Source: a virus. Taken from it: a stretch of 64,000 nt of DNA. Of this stretch, positions 40,280 through 50,165 are shown in pieces; positions within the stretch are counted from its first letter, which is position 1; each line of letters starts with the position of its first letter. The position numbers and the translations under genes are program-made. Location of the stretch: positions 32,001 through 96,000 of IMG/VR virus record IMGVR_UViG_3300036792_000284; one strand, written 5' to 3'. The notes beneath the pieces were generated by a model. It was given only the letters and a program-made list of their open reading frames with translations, did not search any database and was not told the origin of the DNA.

Positions 40280-41221
40280 CTAGGCGATGAGGGCAGTCCA
40301 GGTAGCTCTCCCGACCACGCCGTCCTGCGCGAGCCCGGCGTGCCGCTGCACAGCCACCACCGCGGCCCTGGTGGCCGGCCCGAAGTTGCCGTCGGCGGCA
40401 ATAGCCGTAACCGCGCCAAGGCCGTTCCACCGGCCGTAGCCGGCTACCTCGTTCTGCAGGCGGTGCACGTACCAGGCCGCCGGCGCGCCGCTGTCCTTCG
40501 AGCCGCTCTGCAGGGTAGGCAGGTTGTTCACGAGGGTCTCCGTCCAGTTGTCGACAGGTACCGGGGGAGCATCGCCGGCCCACGCCTGTAGCGCGGCCAG
40601 GTCCCCGTTGAAGTAGTCAGCGTCGCCGCCGCCGACCCCCGTGGCCCCGTTCTGCCAGAACGTCCAGGTCTTCCACGGCGCCGGGACGATAGGGGCCTGC
40701 TCGTAGTAGGCCAGGAACAGCGGGTAGCCCGCGCACGCCCCGAGCAGGTTCTGCGCCATGGAGACGTCGGTGTAGAGCATCACCCGGTGCTGGGCGCCGA
40801 CCAGGGCCTGCACCTCGTTCAGGAACGCCAGGGCGGCCGGGCCCACCGGGGCCGCCAGCGGGTCACCCCAGATCCCGCAGTGCGTGCGGTCCGGAGCGCG
40901 CTCGGTGCCGTAGACCTCCCGCCCGTCGTCCCCGGCCGTGATCTCCACGTCCGCGATGAAGACGTCCCCGGCGACGATGCCGCCGTTCTCTTTCACCGTG
41001 GCGATGAAGAACTGCGCCTGCGCCACCGGGTCGTCGGCCGGGTGGAAGAAGTGGTAGGCGCCGCGGACCTTGCCCTCGGCCCGGAGGTTGAACCAGTTCG
41101 CCTTGAACGTCGAGTCCGACCAGTCGGTGCCCTCGGTGACCTTGGCGAACCCGAAAGAGTCGCCTGCCCACCCGGATACCCGCTGGAAACTGCTCCGGTC
41201 CTCGCCAATGACGTTGGTCAC
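40280..41221 (-). CDS. Endolysin: GH25 muramidase plus peptidoglycan-binding domain
   Basis: FAKVTEG, GAYHFF, ADVE, WTFWQ; DGNFGPATRAAV...DGVVGRATW. Confidence 0.9.
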   Translation of the reverse strand: MTNVIGEDRSSFQRVSGWAGDSFGFAKVTEGTDWSDSTFKANWFNLRAEGKVRGAYHFFHPADDPVAQAQFFIATVKENGGIVAGDVFIADVEITAGDDGREVYGTERAPDRTHCGIWGDPLAAPVGPAALAFLNEVQALVGAQHRVMLYTDVSMAQNLLGACAGYPLFLAYYEQAPIVPAPWKTWTFWQNGATGVGGGDADYFNGDLAALQAWAGDAPPVPVDNWTETLVNNLPTLQSGSKDSGAPAAWYVHRLQNEVAGYGRWNGLGAVTAIAADGNFGPATRAAVVAVQRHAGLAQDGVVGRATWTALIA

Positions 41222-41257
41222 GCCGCTCTCCCGCCTGTCGCCTTGCAGCGCAGGGGG

Positions 41258-41263
41258 AATCGG
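41258..41263 (-). promoter_or_regulatory. CGAT-class late promoter candidate (endolysin, leadered)
   Basis: GCCGATT 36 nt upstream of GTG 41221. Confidence 0.55.
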
Positions 41264-41266
41264 CGG

Positions 41267-42247
41267 TTAGGCGACCTTCTGCCCGCAGGTGAAGCACTGG
41301 CCGGCGGCAGCCAGCGCGGCGTGGACGGCGGCCTCGGCCGCGTTCCCGTCCTGCACGGCACCGTCGGCCCGGGCGGCCTGCTCGGCCTGGTCGCGCTCGG
41401 CGCCCTGCAGCTGCGTGCCCAATTCTCGCAGCCGGGCTATCCGCGCTGCCAGGGCGTCCAGCCGCGCCAGCGACGGCGGGGCCTGGCGGGCGGCCTCGGC
41501 CCGGTTGTGCCCGGCCCGGGTCTCCAGCAGCTCCAGGCGGTCCGCCAGGGCCTCCAGCCGCTCCGCCTGCGCGGCCATCGCCTGCACCCGCCCCAGCGCC
41601 TCCTCGGCCGCGGCGGCGGCCTTGCGGCGGGCGCCCAGGCCGACGAACTGCTGTGCCTCGGCCAGCAGCGCGTCACGCCGGGTCCGGGCCCCGTCCAGGT
41701 CCCGGTCCAGTTGCTTGCGGCGGCGGTTCGCCTCGGCCGCCGCGCCGAAAACCAACGAAACGTTCGTCAAATCACCGAGGCGCCGCGCAATCTCTGTCCC
41801 GGGGGCGCTCAGCAGGTAGGGCGGGTCGAACTGCCGGGCGAAATTCAGCTTGTCCAGCCCGAGCAGCTCGGCCGCCTGCGGCGGCACCTGCCCGCCCAGC
41901 TTGGTGAACGTGCCGCCCGTCCAGCCGTAGCCGCCCGGCTGCGGAGTGGGCACTTCCTGCTGCACCTGGTACTCGTTCTTGCCGCGCGGCGAGTTCGACC
42001 GGGTGATACCGACGGCCCAGCCGCGCCCCCAGGTCGCCCCCAGGTCGCCTCCGGTCGCCACCGTGCACGAGTTCTCTCCGGCGGTGATGTAGGACGTCCC
42101 CTTGGCGTTGCGGGCCAGCAGCAGCGCGGCGCGGAACAGCGCGCTCTTGCCCGACCCGGTCGCCCCGGTGACGACGGTGACCTTGCCCAGCGGGATGCGC
42201 AGCTTGCGCAGGCTCTGGAAGTTACTGACTTCGATGTGGCTCAGCAC
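41267..42247 (-). CDS. Rad50/SbcC N-terminal half ending in a zinc hook
   Basis: IEVSNFQS, GATGSGKS, NFARQ, C-terminal CFTCGQ; GTG start at 42247. Confidence 0.85.
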   Translation of the reverse strand: MLSHIEVSNFQSLRKLRIPLGKVTVVTGATGSGKSALFRAALLLARNAKGTSYITAGENSCTVATGGDLGATWGRGWAVGITRSNSPRGKNEYQVQQEVPTPQPGGYGWTGGTFTKLGGQVPPQAAELLGLDKLNFARQFDPPYLLSAPGTEIARRLGDLTNVSLVFGAAAEANRRRKQLDRDLDGARTRRDALLAEAQQFVGLGARRKAAAAAEEALGRVQAMAAQAERLEALADRLELLETRAGHNRAEAARQAPPSLARLDALAARIARLRELGTQLQGAERDQAEQAARADGAVQDGNAAEAAVHAALAAAGQCFTCGQKVA

Positions 42248-42426
42248 TAGATTTCCGTTCTGAACGAGAAGCCGGGGTAGGGCGCCGCCCATATGTGGGC
42301 GCACGACCCGCAGGTCTGCAGGGCCGGCTCCGGGGCGTCGTCCTCGGGGTCCTCCGGCTCCAGCCAGGTGCCTTCCTGCTCGGTCCCGCACGGGGGGCAG
42401 GCGATGACGGCCACCAGCACGTTCAC
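42247..42426 (-). CDS. 59-aa zinc-finger protein
   Basis: CPPCG...CGSC. Confidence 0.6.
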   Translation of the reverse strand: MNVLVAVIACPPCGTEQEGTWLEPEDPEDDAPEPALQTCGSCAHIWAAPYPGFSFRTEI

Positions 42427-42450
42427 TGTGCCCCTCTCTCGAAATGGTGC

Positions 42451-42487
42451 GGCGGGGCCCAGGGCGCTAAGCACCTGGCGCCCCGCC
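42451..42487. terminator. Hairpin, possible terminator
   Basis: ggcgggg-c-ccagg / cctgg-c-gccccgcc. Confidence 0.55.
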
Positions 42488-42494
42488 GGATCTG

Positions 42495-43664
42495 TCAGGA
42501 GGCCTCCGGGGCCTCCCAGTCCTTGTCGAGCAGCCGGCGGCAGCCGTTCGGCAGCTGGCCGCGGCACATGCCGCCGCCCTGGTGCACGATGTGGCCCGCC
42601 AGGTCGTGCAGGCTGCGCACCTCGCGCCAGGTCGCCCCGTCCAGGTTGGCCGCCTCGGCCGCCGCGTGGGCGAGGTCGTGCATCGTCGGCTCCCGCGGCT
42701 GGCCCTCCACCGCCGAGATGATCCGCAGCTTGAGGTCCTTGGCCACCGGGCGCTCGCGCCAGAGCTGGTCCAGCACCCGGCTGTAGTCGCCGTCCACCTC
42801 GGTCTCGGTGAGCACCTGCAGGCCCCGGAACGCGTCGTCCGGGCCGTCGAGGATCTCCTGTGCCGACTCGGCCGCCCAGCCGTACACGTCGTCGGGATTG
42901 CTGCCCCGGCGGTTGAACCCGCCGGCCGCGTGCTCCACGTCGGTGACCCCCGCCGTGGTGGCAAGCCGGAGCATGTAGCCGGACAGGATCGTCTGCTTGA
43001 GCCCGACCTGGCTGTTGGACACCTCGATGCCGTAGCACCAGGCGTCATCGTCGGTTCCCGTCCCGGTGACGACCTGCTGCACGGCCGGGACCACGACGCG
43101 GAAGCTGGTGTGCTCCCGGTCATGGAAGAACTTGTAGTCCACCAGCGCGCCGTCCGCGGCGGCATGGCCGAACTTCGCCCGGATCGAGAGCAGGACGATG
43201 TCCAGCAGCCGCACGTTGGAGAACGGGACGATCGTGGCCCGGCACTGGCCGACCGCCAGCGGAACCGGGGCGCCCGTTACGCTCTCACCCTCGCCCGCGG
43301 TGAGCAGCTTCAGCTCGCTCTCGGCCAGCCCCTCGCGCAGCGCCCAGGTCACCAGGTCCGACAGCCGCTCGGGCGGGATGAACTCCTGGTACCTCTGGTT
43401 GACCTTGGCGGTAGAGCCCAGTTGCCGGGCCGCCTGCCGGGTCATCTGGAACACCTGCCCGTCCGGCAGGGTCACCCACACCGGGGCAGCCTCGGTCATC
43501 TCGACCTCAGTCCAGCCCTTGCCGTAGACGACCTCGATGCCCTCGGTCCGCGTCCAGAACGTGGTGCCGTCGATGGGCTCGGTCTCTGCCAGCCGCCCCC
43601 TGGCCTCGCTCACGGTGAGCATGCCGACGGCTCCACCGTCGAACGGCACTGCGGTGTAATCCAC
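42495..43664 (-). CDS. DUF932-like protein
   Basis: GIEVSNS...LRLATTAG resembles the DUF932 NS..RLVCxNG motif. Confidence 0.55.
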   Translation of the reverse strand: MDYTAVPFDGGAVGMLTVSEARGRLAETEPIDGTTFWTRTEGIEVVYGKGWTEVEMTEAAPVWVTLPDGQVFQMTRQAARQLGSTAKVNQRYQEFIPPERLSDLVTWALREGLAESELKLLTAGEGESVTGAPVPLAVGQCRATIVPFSNVRLLDIVLLSIRAKFGHAAADGALVDYKFFHDREHTSFRVVVPAVQQVVTGTGTDDDAWCYGIEVSNSQVGLKQTILSGYMLRLATTAGVTDVEHAAGGFNRRGSNPDDVYGWAAESAQEILDGPDDAFRGLQVLTETEVDGDYSRVLDQLWRERPVAKDLKLRIISAVEGQPREPTMHDLAHAAAEAANLDGATWREVRSLHDLAGHIVHQGGGMCRGQLPNGCRRLLDKDWEAPEAS

Positions 43665-43695
43665 GCCAGCCTCCTCGCGTAGTCCTGCCTACCTA

Positions 43696-44757
43696 CTACG
43701 TCCCGGCGAAAAGGTCGTCGTCGGCCGGGAGCTGCGTCAGCGCCGAAGCGGCCGGCTTGTCGGCCACGGGGATGTTGAGCTTGGACTCGATCTCCTTGGC
43801 CACGTCCGGGTTGGCCACCAGGTGCAGGCGGGTCTTCTCCTTGCCCTGGCCGAGTTGCTCGCCGCCGTAGGTGTACCAGGACCCGGCCTTGCGGACGACG
43901 CCCTGCTCCACGCCGAGGTCGATGATCTCTGCCGCCCGGGAAATGCCCTGGCCGTAGATGATGTCGAACTCGGCGGTCTTGAAGGGCGGCGACATCTTGT
44001 TCTTCACGACCTTGACCCGCGTGCGGTTGCCGTAGGGGTCGCCGCCGTCCTTCAGCGTCTCGATCCGCCGCACGTCCAGCCGCACCGACGCGTAGAACTT
44101 CAGCGCCTTGCCGCCGGTGGTGGTCTCGGGAGAGCCGAACATGATGCCGACCTTCTCCCGCAGCTGGTTGATGAAGATCATGGTCGTCTTGGTGGTATTC
44201 AACGTGCCGGTGAGCTTGCGCAGCGCCTGGGACATCAGCCGGGCCTGCAGGCCGACGTGGCTGTCCCCCATCTCGCCCTCGATCTCAGCCCGCGGCACCA
44301 GGGCGGCCACCGAGTCGATGACCACGATGGCGATATCCCCGGAGCGGACCAGCATGTCCGCGATCTCCAGGGCCTGCTCGCCGGTGTCCGGCTGGGAAAC
44401 CAGCAGGGCGTCGGTATCCACGCCGAGAATGGCCGCATACTCCGGGTCCAGCGCGTGCTCCGCGTCGATGAACGCGGCGATGCCGCCGGCCTTCTGGGCT
44501 TCCGCCACCCCGTGCAGGGCGAGGGTTGTCTTGCCGCTGGACTCCGGGCCGTAGATTTCGACCACCCGGCCGCGGGGGTAGCCGCCGATGCCGAGGGCCG
44601 CGTTCAGGGTGATCGAGCCCGTGTCGAACACCTCGGTCGGGACGCGCGTCTCGTCGCCCAGGCGCATGAGAGCGCCCTTGCCGAACTGCCGCTCGATCTG
44701 CAGGAGTGTTGCCGCCAGCCCCGCGGGGCTGGGTGACTTGCTGGACACCTTAGGCAC
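43696..44757 (-). CDS. recA: RecA recombinase
   Basis: [48 protein letters not shown]. Confidence 0.98.
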   Translation of the reverse strand: MPKVSSKSPSPAGLAATLLQIERQFGKGALMRLGDETRVPTEVFDTGSITLNAALGIGGYPRGRVVEIYGPESSGKTTLALHGVAEAQKAGGIAAFIDAEHALDPEYAAILGVDTDALLVSQPDTGEQALEIADMLVRSGDIAIVVIDSVAALVPRAEIEGEMGDSHVGLQARLMSQALRKLTGTLNTTKTTMIFINQLREKVGIMFGSPETTTGGKALKFYASVRLDVRRIETLKDGGDPYGNRTRVKVVKNKMSPPFKTAEFDIIYGQGISRAAEIIDLGVEQGVVRKAGSWYTYGGEQLGQGKEKTRLHLVANPDVAKEIESKLNIPVADKPAASALTQLPADDDLFAGT

Positions 44758-45337
44758 TGAGTGCCTCCTTCTTGAGCGCCGGCCAGGCGATAGCCGGGTG
44801 CGCCGGCTTGCCCTTCTTGGCCGGCACGATGTCGGTCAGCACGGCACGCTGGTCTGCCGGCATCTTCACCAGCGGGAACCCAGCCCAGTCCGCGCCCATG
44901 GCGGCCAGGGTCAGCGCGTCAGCGGTGTCGTTGCCGGTGATCCCGGCGTCAGGGAACCTCTTGAGGGCGGCGATCAGGCAGTCCTCTTTGCTCGCGTTAG
45001 CCCGGCCGGTGATGAACTTGGCCCGCTGGAACGGGCTAATGACGACATACGGCACCTTGAGCTGCCACAGCCGGTGCGTGAGCACGCCGAACAGCCCGGC
45101 CAGGTCCAGCAGCGACCGGCCTTTAGCGCCCATGGCCAGCCCTTCCACAACCGCGAAGTCGCAGCTGGCAGCGGTGACTTCCACGTTGTCGAGCAGCCAC
45201 TGCATGCGCTCGTGCCCGAGCCCGAGCCGTGCCCCCGGGCGCCACCTGTGCAGCTCCACCGCGGAGCCCGGATCGGAACTAACCCGGGCTCCGCCGAAAG
45301 AGGTCAGCGACTGATCGAGACCTAGGACGGTGGTCAC
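44750..45337 (-). CDS. RuvC-like Holliday junction resolvase
   Basis: [19 protein letters not shown]. Confidence 0.85.
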   Translation of the reverse strand: MTTVLGLDQSLTSFGGARVSSDPGSAVELHRWRPGARLGLGHERMQWLLDNVEVTAASCDFAVVEGLAMGAKGRSLLDLAGLFGVLTHRLWQLKVPYVVISPFQRAKFITGRANASKEDCLIAALKRFPDAGITGNDTADALTLAAMGADWAGFPLVKMPADQRAVLTDIVPAKKGKPAHPAIAWPALKKEALSA

Positions 45338-46551
45338 TGCAAGTCGTCGAGCCCGTTGAGGATGTCCTTGAACGACTGGGCACCGGGCGTGGCGCCGTTC
45401 GCGCCCACTGCGGCCGGGACCGGAGCCGCCGGGGTGTCGTCGCTGCCGAAGAGGTCGTCATTGGCGACAGGGGCCGGCGCCGGAGTTGCGACCGCCGCAG
45501 CCGGAGTGTCGTCGCTGCCGAAGAGGTCGTCATCGGCGACAGGGGCCGGCGCCGGGGCGGCTGTCCGCTCAGGCGAGGCGAACTCGTCCAGGTCGTCCAG
45601 CGGCCCAGGTCGGTCCGGGTCACCCAGCAGGTCGTCCAGGCCGCCGTCCAGGCTCAGGGCCTGCTCGCCGGTGGACAGGTAGCCGTTTCCGGTCTTGCTC
45701 GGCGCTGGGCTCTTGCCCCAGTTCACAGCCTGGTGCCAGCGCGCCTCCGCGTCGCGGATGTCCCGGTCTATCCAGTCCCGGGTCGACGTCCGGCCGCAGG
45801 CGGCCTGCAGCTGCTCCTCGGTCGGCCGGTTCTCCACGACGCCCCACAGGCCCTGGATGACCGCCTTGACCGCGCGGCCGGCGTCCGAGTCGTGGCGCCA
45901 GGCACTTGGCATCGGCCAAATCTTGTCGATCTTCTGGTAGCCGTTCTCATTGGAGACGCAGATGTCGCACATTTGCAGCTTGACCGCGGCAGCGTCCTCC
46001 AGGTTCAAGAGCGCCGCCATCTGGCGCCGGATGCCGTCCACCTGCTCCCAGGACCACTGGGAGAGAGCCCAGACGAAAATCTCGGCGTTGGGCGGGTTCC
46101 GCAGCTTCCCGTCAGGCTCGCCCTTCTTCTGGGTCGCGTACCGGATGACCGGGACGGCGTACCGCTGCTGCGGCCTCAGGTCCCGGGCGTCCGCAATGCC
46201 GGCGTCGAGCATCCGCTTGACGCCCGCGCACGCCGGGCAGCCGTCGGCGTCCAGCTCCTGCGTCGCGATGACGTCCGGGTCCCCGAGGCAGATCGGGGCG
46301 CCGATAAAGCCGCCCTCTTCCATGTCAAAGACGAGCCTGACCGCGCCCCTGACCTTCTTCTCCACCTGCAGCGGCTTCCCGTCATCCGCGAAGACGGGCG
46401 CCTTGATGTTGTGCCTGAACTCCATCCAGGCATAGTCCTGGTTCGGAATCCAGAGCCGGTGGCCTTCGTGCCGCTCCAGCTTCAGTTGCTCGAACCTGTC
46501 GACCTGGTTGCCCTCGCGGAACGCGCCGGCAGCGAGCGATACTCTCGGCAT
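45334..46551 (-). CDS. Putative gp32-like single-stranded DNA-binding protein
   Basis: Cys motif C...CPAC, RYAVPV, acidic DDDLF tail; sits beside recA. Confidence 0.6.
   Translation of the reverse strand: MPRVSLAAGAFREGNQVDRFEQLKLERHEGHRLWIPNQDYAWMEFRHNIKAPVFADDGKPLQVEKKVRGAVRLVFDMEEGGFIGAPICLGDPDVIATQELDADGCPACAGVKRMLDAGIADARDLRPQQRYAVPVIRYATQKKGEPDGKLRNPPNAEIFVWALSQWSWEQVDGIRRQMAALLNLEDAAAVKLQMCDICVSNENGYQKIDKIWPMPSAWRHDSDAGRAVKAVIQGLWGVVENRPTEEQLQAACGRTSTRDWIDRDIRDAEARWHQAVNWGKSPAPSKTGNGYLSTGEQALSLDGGLDDLLGDPDRPGPLDDLDEFASPERTAAPAPAPVADDDLFGSDDTPAAAVATPAPAPVANDDLFGSDDTPAAPVPAAVGANGATPGAQSFKDILNGLDDLQ
45428..45555. repeat. 56-bp direct repeat x2 (72-nt period) in the SSB tail
   Basis: Encodes PAPVA(D/N)DDLFGSDDTPA twice. 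Confidence 0.9.
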
Positions 46552-46606
46552 TTGCTGTCTCCTGACTTGTAGCCCTGCCCACTAATACGCCCGGCCGCCG
46601 ACATTC

Positions 46607-46831
46607 CTAGTGATCAGACACGAGCCTGATTGCCTGCGTCTCGGGGTTGAACTCGATGCGGTCGACCTTGTACCACCAGCGCTCCACCGGGTCGGGGATC
46701 TGCAGTTCGCACGCCCCGAACTCGTTCTGGATGCGCTCGATCTCCTCGATGGCTTCCGTTGAATTCACGACCGTCCTTCCAACCAGCGAATTTGGCGGAG
46801 GGATCGTCACGTCTCCAGGGACGACTTCCAC
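46607..46831 (-). CDS. Hypothetical protein
   Basis: ORF track. Confidence 0.55.
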   Translation of the reverse strand: MEVVPGDVTIPPPNSLVGRTVVNSTEAIEEIERIQNEFGACELQIPDPVERWWYKVDRIEFNPETQAIRLVSDH

Positions 46832-47316
46832 GGGAAGTAGTGCTCCAGCGCGGTCAGCAGCTCGCGCCGGATGTCACGCAGGCCGAAGAACATGCCGTCC
46901 ATGGCGTCCTCGGCCTCCTCCACCAGGTCCAGCACCCGCTCGGCGGCAAGCTGGGCACGGCGCTTCGGGGAGGCCTTCACCCGGGCCAGCACCTCGCGGT
47001 CCCGGACGCTCTCGTACTCCCGGGTGACCGCACGGCCCGACAGCCGGGCCAGCTCCGTGTCGTACACCTCGTCAGCCTCGGCACGCAGCCGCCGGGCCGT
47101 GCGTTGCGCCTTGCGCTTGTACCCGGCCATCTCCCGCTTGAGTTCCTCGGCCCGGTCCAGCCGCGCGCGCAGGTCGTCGCGAAGGGCCTCGTGCACCTCC
47201 GACGGGTCCGCGTCCGCCGCGGGGACGTCGAAATCGCGCAGCCCGGCCATCTCCCGCAGTAGCACGGCGCACGCGTCCTCGATCGACTGCTCGCGGTCGT
47301 CGAGAACCTCGTTCAT
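46807..47316 (-). CDS. Coiled-coil hypothetical protein
   Basis: ORF track; ATGA coupling. Confidence 0.65.
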   Translation of the reverse strand: MNEVLDDREQSIEDACAVLLREMAGLRDFDVPAADADPSEVHEALRDDLRARLDRAEELKREMAGYKRKAQRTARRLRAEADEVYDTELARLSGRAVTREYESVRDREVLARVKASPKRRAQLAAERVLDLVEEAEDAMDGMFFGLRDIRRELLTALEHYFPWKSSLET

Positions 47317-47642
47317 TCGGCCGGTGCCGCTGCGGCCTCCGGCGGCACCGGCCGCGGGGCGTACTTGTCCAGCAGGTTTTCACGCGCGGCACGCGCCGCG
47401 CTCGCGGCAGCGGCGTGCTGCCCCCGCTGCTCGGGCTCTGCTTTAGCCAGCGAGAAGTGGACGAACCACTTCCCCTCGGCGTCCATGATCCGGCCCACGT
47501 CGGTGGTGGTCATACGCAGACGGACCTGCTCGGGGTCGGCCACGCCGCGCTCGAAGAGCATCCGGAGGATGTCCGTCTCCTGCACCGCGATGTCCCACTT
47601 GTTCTTGCCGTAGTCGGTAGCCCAGCCAATTCGGATTTCCAT
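47313..47642 (-). CDS. Hypothetical protein
   Basis: ORF track. Confidence 0.65.
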   Translation of the reverse strand: MEIRIGWATDYGKNKWDIAVQETDILRMLFERGVADPEQVRLRMTTTDVGRIMDAEGKWFVHFSLAKAEPEQRGQHAAAASAARAARENLLDKYAPRPVPPEAAAAPAE

Positions 47643-47650
47643 GCCTGTTA

Positions 47651-50116
47651 CTACAGCTCAGCGGCGGCGGTCAGCGCAGCGGCGTCAGCCACGTCGTAGT
47701 GCACCGCCGCGCCGCCGAGGATGACCGCGACGCGGGCCTCGTGGGCCGGCGTCAGCCCGCAGGTGAAGCCGACCGTGAGCGAGCCCTCCGGCAGCTGCAG
47801 CTCCACCGAATTCCCTCCGGGGAGGGACTTCATGAACCGGGCCAGTTCGGCCACCTGCTCGCGTGACGGGGCCTGCCGGAGCACGACGACCACCGCCCGG
47901 GGCGCCTCGGCCCCCGGCTCCGCAGGCGGCACGACCTTGCAGCGCGGGCACTTGTCCTTCTTGCCGAGCACGACCTGGCCGTCTTCGGTGTGGATGTCCT
48001 TCACCGAGCCCCAGGACCTGCCCAGGTGCCATTCGGCGACCATCTCCGGCCACGCCGCACCCGGCCCGGTGACCGGGTAGACGACCGCGGGCTGCAGCAC
48101 GGCTATGACCGTCGCCGGCGGCACGTCCTCGCGCGCCTCGAACTCAAGCGCGTCGTGGACGTTCATGAACATGCGCACCCGGTCGTCCAGCCCGGCCGCC
48201 TGCAGGGCCTTCACCGCGCGGATCATGGAAATTTTGACGTACTCGCCGGTCGCCGGGCCCTGGATGACCGCGTTGCCCGCGGTGCGCTCCTCCGCGGCCC
48301 GTACTTTCGGGTTGTCGCTGCGAATGTCGTGCAAGGTGACGCGGCGCCCGAACTTGGTGATGACGTACCCGTCGCGCTTCGCCTTCGCGATGACCCGGCG
48401 CCGGAACGGCTGCATGTGCGGGTAGGCGGCCTGGTACTGCCGGTCCAGCTCCTGGGCCTCCTCCTCGCTGATGCCGAGCTGCTCGGCGAGCGCCCTGATG
48501 CCCTGGCCGTAGATGGCCGCGAAGTTCCTGGTCTTTCCCCGCTTGCGCGCCTCCTCGGTCACCTGCTCAACCGCGATCTGCAGCATCAGCGCGGCGGTGC
48601 GGCTGTGCACGTCCTCGCCCCGGGCGAACGATTCCAGCAGCGCCGTCTCGCCGGCCTCGGCTGCCATCACCCGCAGCTCGATCTGGCTGTAGTCGAACCC
48701 GATGACGTACCAGCCCAGCTCTGTCGGCTCGGGCAGGTCGGTGCAGCCTGCCTCCTCCAGCACGTGGTCCCACCACGGGCGGTAACCCGGCTCCGCCGCC
48801 ACGATGGCGTCGCGGAAGTTGAAATCGAACGTCGTGCCGTCGCGCAGCTCGAAGTGGTACTTGCCCGGGCTCTGCTGGTAGTTGGGCGTCTCGCAGGAGA
48901 ACCGGCCGGCGATGGTGCCGTGCTGCATCAGGGTCGGATGCGCCCGGCCGTCGGCGGCCCAGGAGTACTTGTCCTCGTAGATGCTCAGGAAGTTGGTGTG
49001 CAGCGTAGTCAGCCGGGCCCAGCCCATGTACTTCCGGACCACGGGGTAGTCCTTGGCCAGGCCGGGCAGCGCGTTCTTGGCGTCTACGCTGGGCTTCCCG
49101 CCGGGCGTCCGGTGCAGCACCGGCATGCCGCACTTGTTGTAGAGCAGGTCGGCGAACTGGGCACTGGAGTTGAAGTTGAAGTCCGGCGGCAGCATCTCGC
49201 CGGTAATCTCCCCGAAGTCCTCGACAATCTCCGCCAGCAGCCGGCCGGAGAACTCCTGCACCTCCGCCGCCTTGGCGCGCAGCAGGTTCCAGTCGTACCG
49301 GACCCCGTTGTCGGACATCGAGCAGACGATGGGCAGCGTGGCCATCTCTACCTTGTAGATGAACGCCTGCGGGCCGGCCACCACCTTCGGCCAGCGGTCC
49401 AGGTGGTGGCGCAGCGCCCATACCGCGTCCTCGCACGCGTAGGCGATGACCTCCGGGTCAGTCGGGTCGAAGACGCCGAACCGGACCGTCTTGCCCTCCT
49501 GCCGGGTCGGCACCCGGCCGAGCAGGCGGCCGAGCAGGCTGTCCGATCCGTTGATCAGCTCGCGCATCTTGTGGCCGTAGTTGTCGAACGTGGCCGCCTT
49601 GAGGCCGTGGCTCTTGTTCTTGCCCTCGGCGAAGCTCTCCAGCAGGCCGTCCGACCGGATCGGGTAGTACCCGTGCGCCTCGCGGACCTGCTTGCCGAAC
49701 AGCGGGTGGTCCCACAGCAGCCGCAGGAACCACCGCGACAGCCAGCGCAGTTCAGCAGGCGCGCCCCACGGCACCCCGAGCGGCAGGCCCTGGTCGTCGG
49801 TCACGTGGAGCAGGGCCCACATCCAGGCCGCGACCGGCTTGTTATCGACGTTGGGGCCGGAGTCAAACGCCAGGGGGATCATCCGGCCCCAGGCCAGGGA
49901 GTTGGTGAACTGGACGGAGACGACGTAGTTCTCCTCCGGATGCAGCGCGGCGCCCTCCCGGCTCTCCCCGTAGTAGCCGGTCTCGACGTCGAACCCGAAC
50001 GGCAGCTTCGCGTCGGCGACCGCCTGCAGCCGGTCCCGGATCTCGTCCAGGTCAGTCAACAGGTCGTAGCTGGGCGCCGTCTCAGGGGCTTCAAGTACCG
50101 CAGCCGTCACAGCCAT
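47651..50116 (-). CDS. polA: Family A DNA polymerase with 3'-5' exonuclease
   Basis: FDVET, YACEDA; motif A DYSQIELR, motif B KTRNFAAIYG, motif C VHDAL. Confidence 0.95.
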   Translation of the reverse strand: MAVTAAVLEAPETAPSYDLLTDLDEIRDRLQAVADAKLPFGFDVETGYYGESREGAALHPEENYVVSVQFTNSLAWGRMIPLAFDSGPNVDNKPVAAWMWALLHVTDDQGLPLGVPWGAPAELRWLSRWFLRLLWDHPLFGKQVREAHGYYPIRSDGLLESFAEGKNKSHGLKAATFDNYGHKMRELINGSDSLLGRLLGRVPTRQEGKTVRFGVFDPTDPEVIAYACEDAVWALRHHLDRWPKVVAGPQAFIYKVEMATLPIVCSMSDNGVRYDWNLLRAKAAEVQEFSGRLLAEIVEDFGEITGEMLPPDFNFNSSAQFADLLYNKCGMPVLHRTPGGKPSVDAKNALPGLAKDYPVVRKYMGWARLTTLHTNFLSIYEDKYSWAADGRAHPTLMQHGTIAGRFSCETPNYQQSPGKYHFELRDGTTFDFNFRDAIVAAEPGYRPWWDHVLEEAGCTDLPEPTELGWYVIGFDYSQIELRVMAAEAGETALLESFARGEDVHSRTAALMLQIAVEQVTEEARKRGKTRNFAAIYGQGIRALAEQLGISEEEAQELDRQYQAAYPHMQPFRRRVIAKAKRDGYVITKFGRRVTLHDIRSDNPKVRAAEERTAGNAVIQGPATGEYVKISMIRAVKALQAAGLDDRVRMFMNVHDALEFEAREDVPPATVIAVLQPAVVYPVTGPGAAWPEMVAEWHLGRSWGSVKDIHTEDGQVVLGKKDKCPRCKVVPPAEPGAEAPRAVVVVLRQAPSREQVAELARFMKSLPGGNSVELQLPEGSLTVGFTCGLTPAHEARVAVILGGAAVHYDVADAAALTAAAEL

Positions 50117-50165
50117 CTCCTCCTCGGGGGAACAAGCACCGCATAGCCGTATACGGCAGTCCCGC

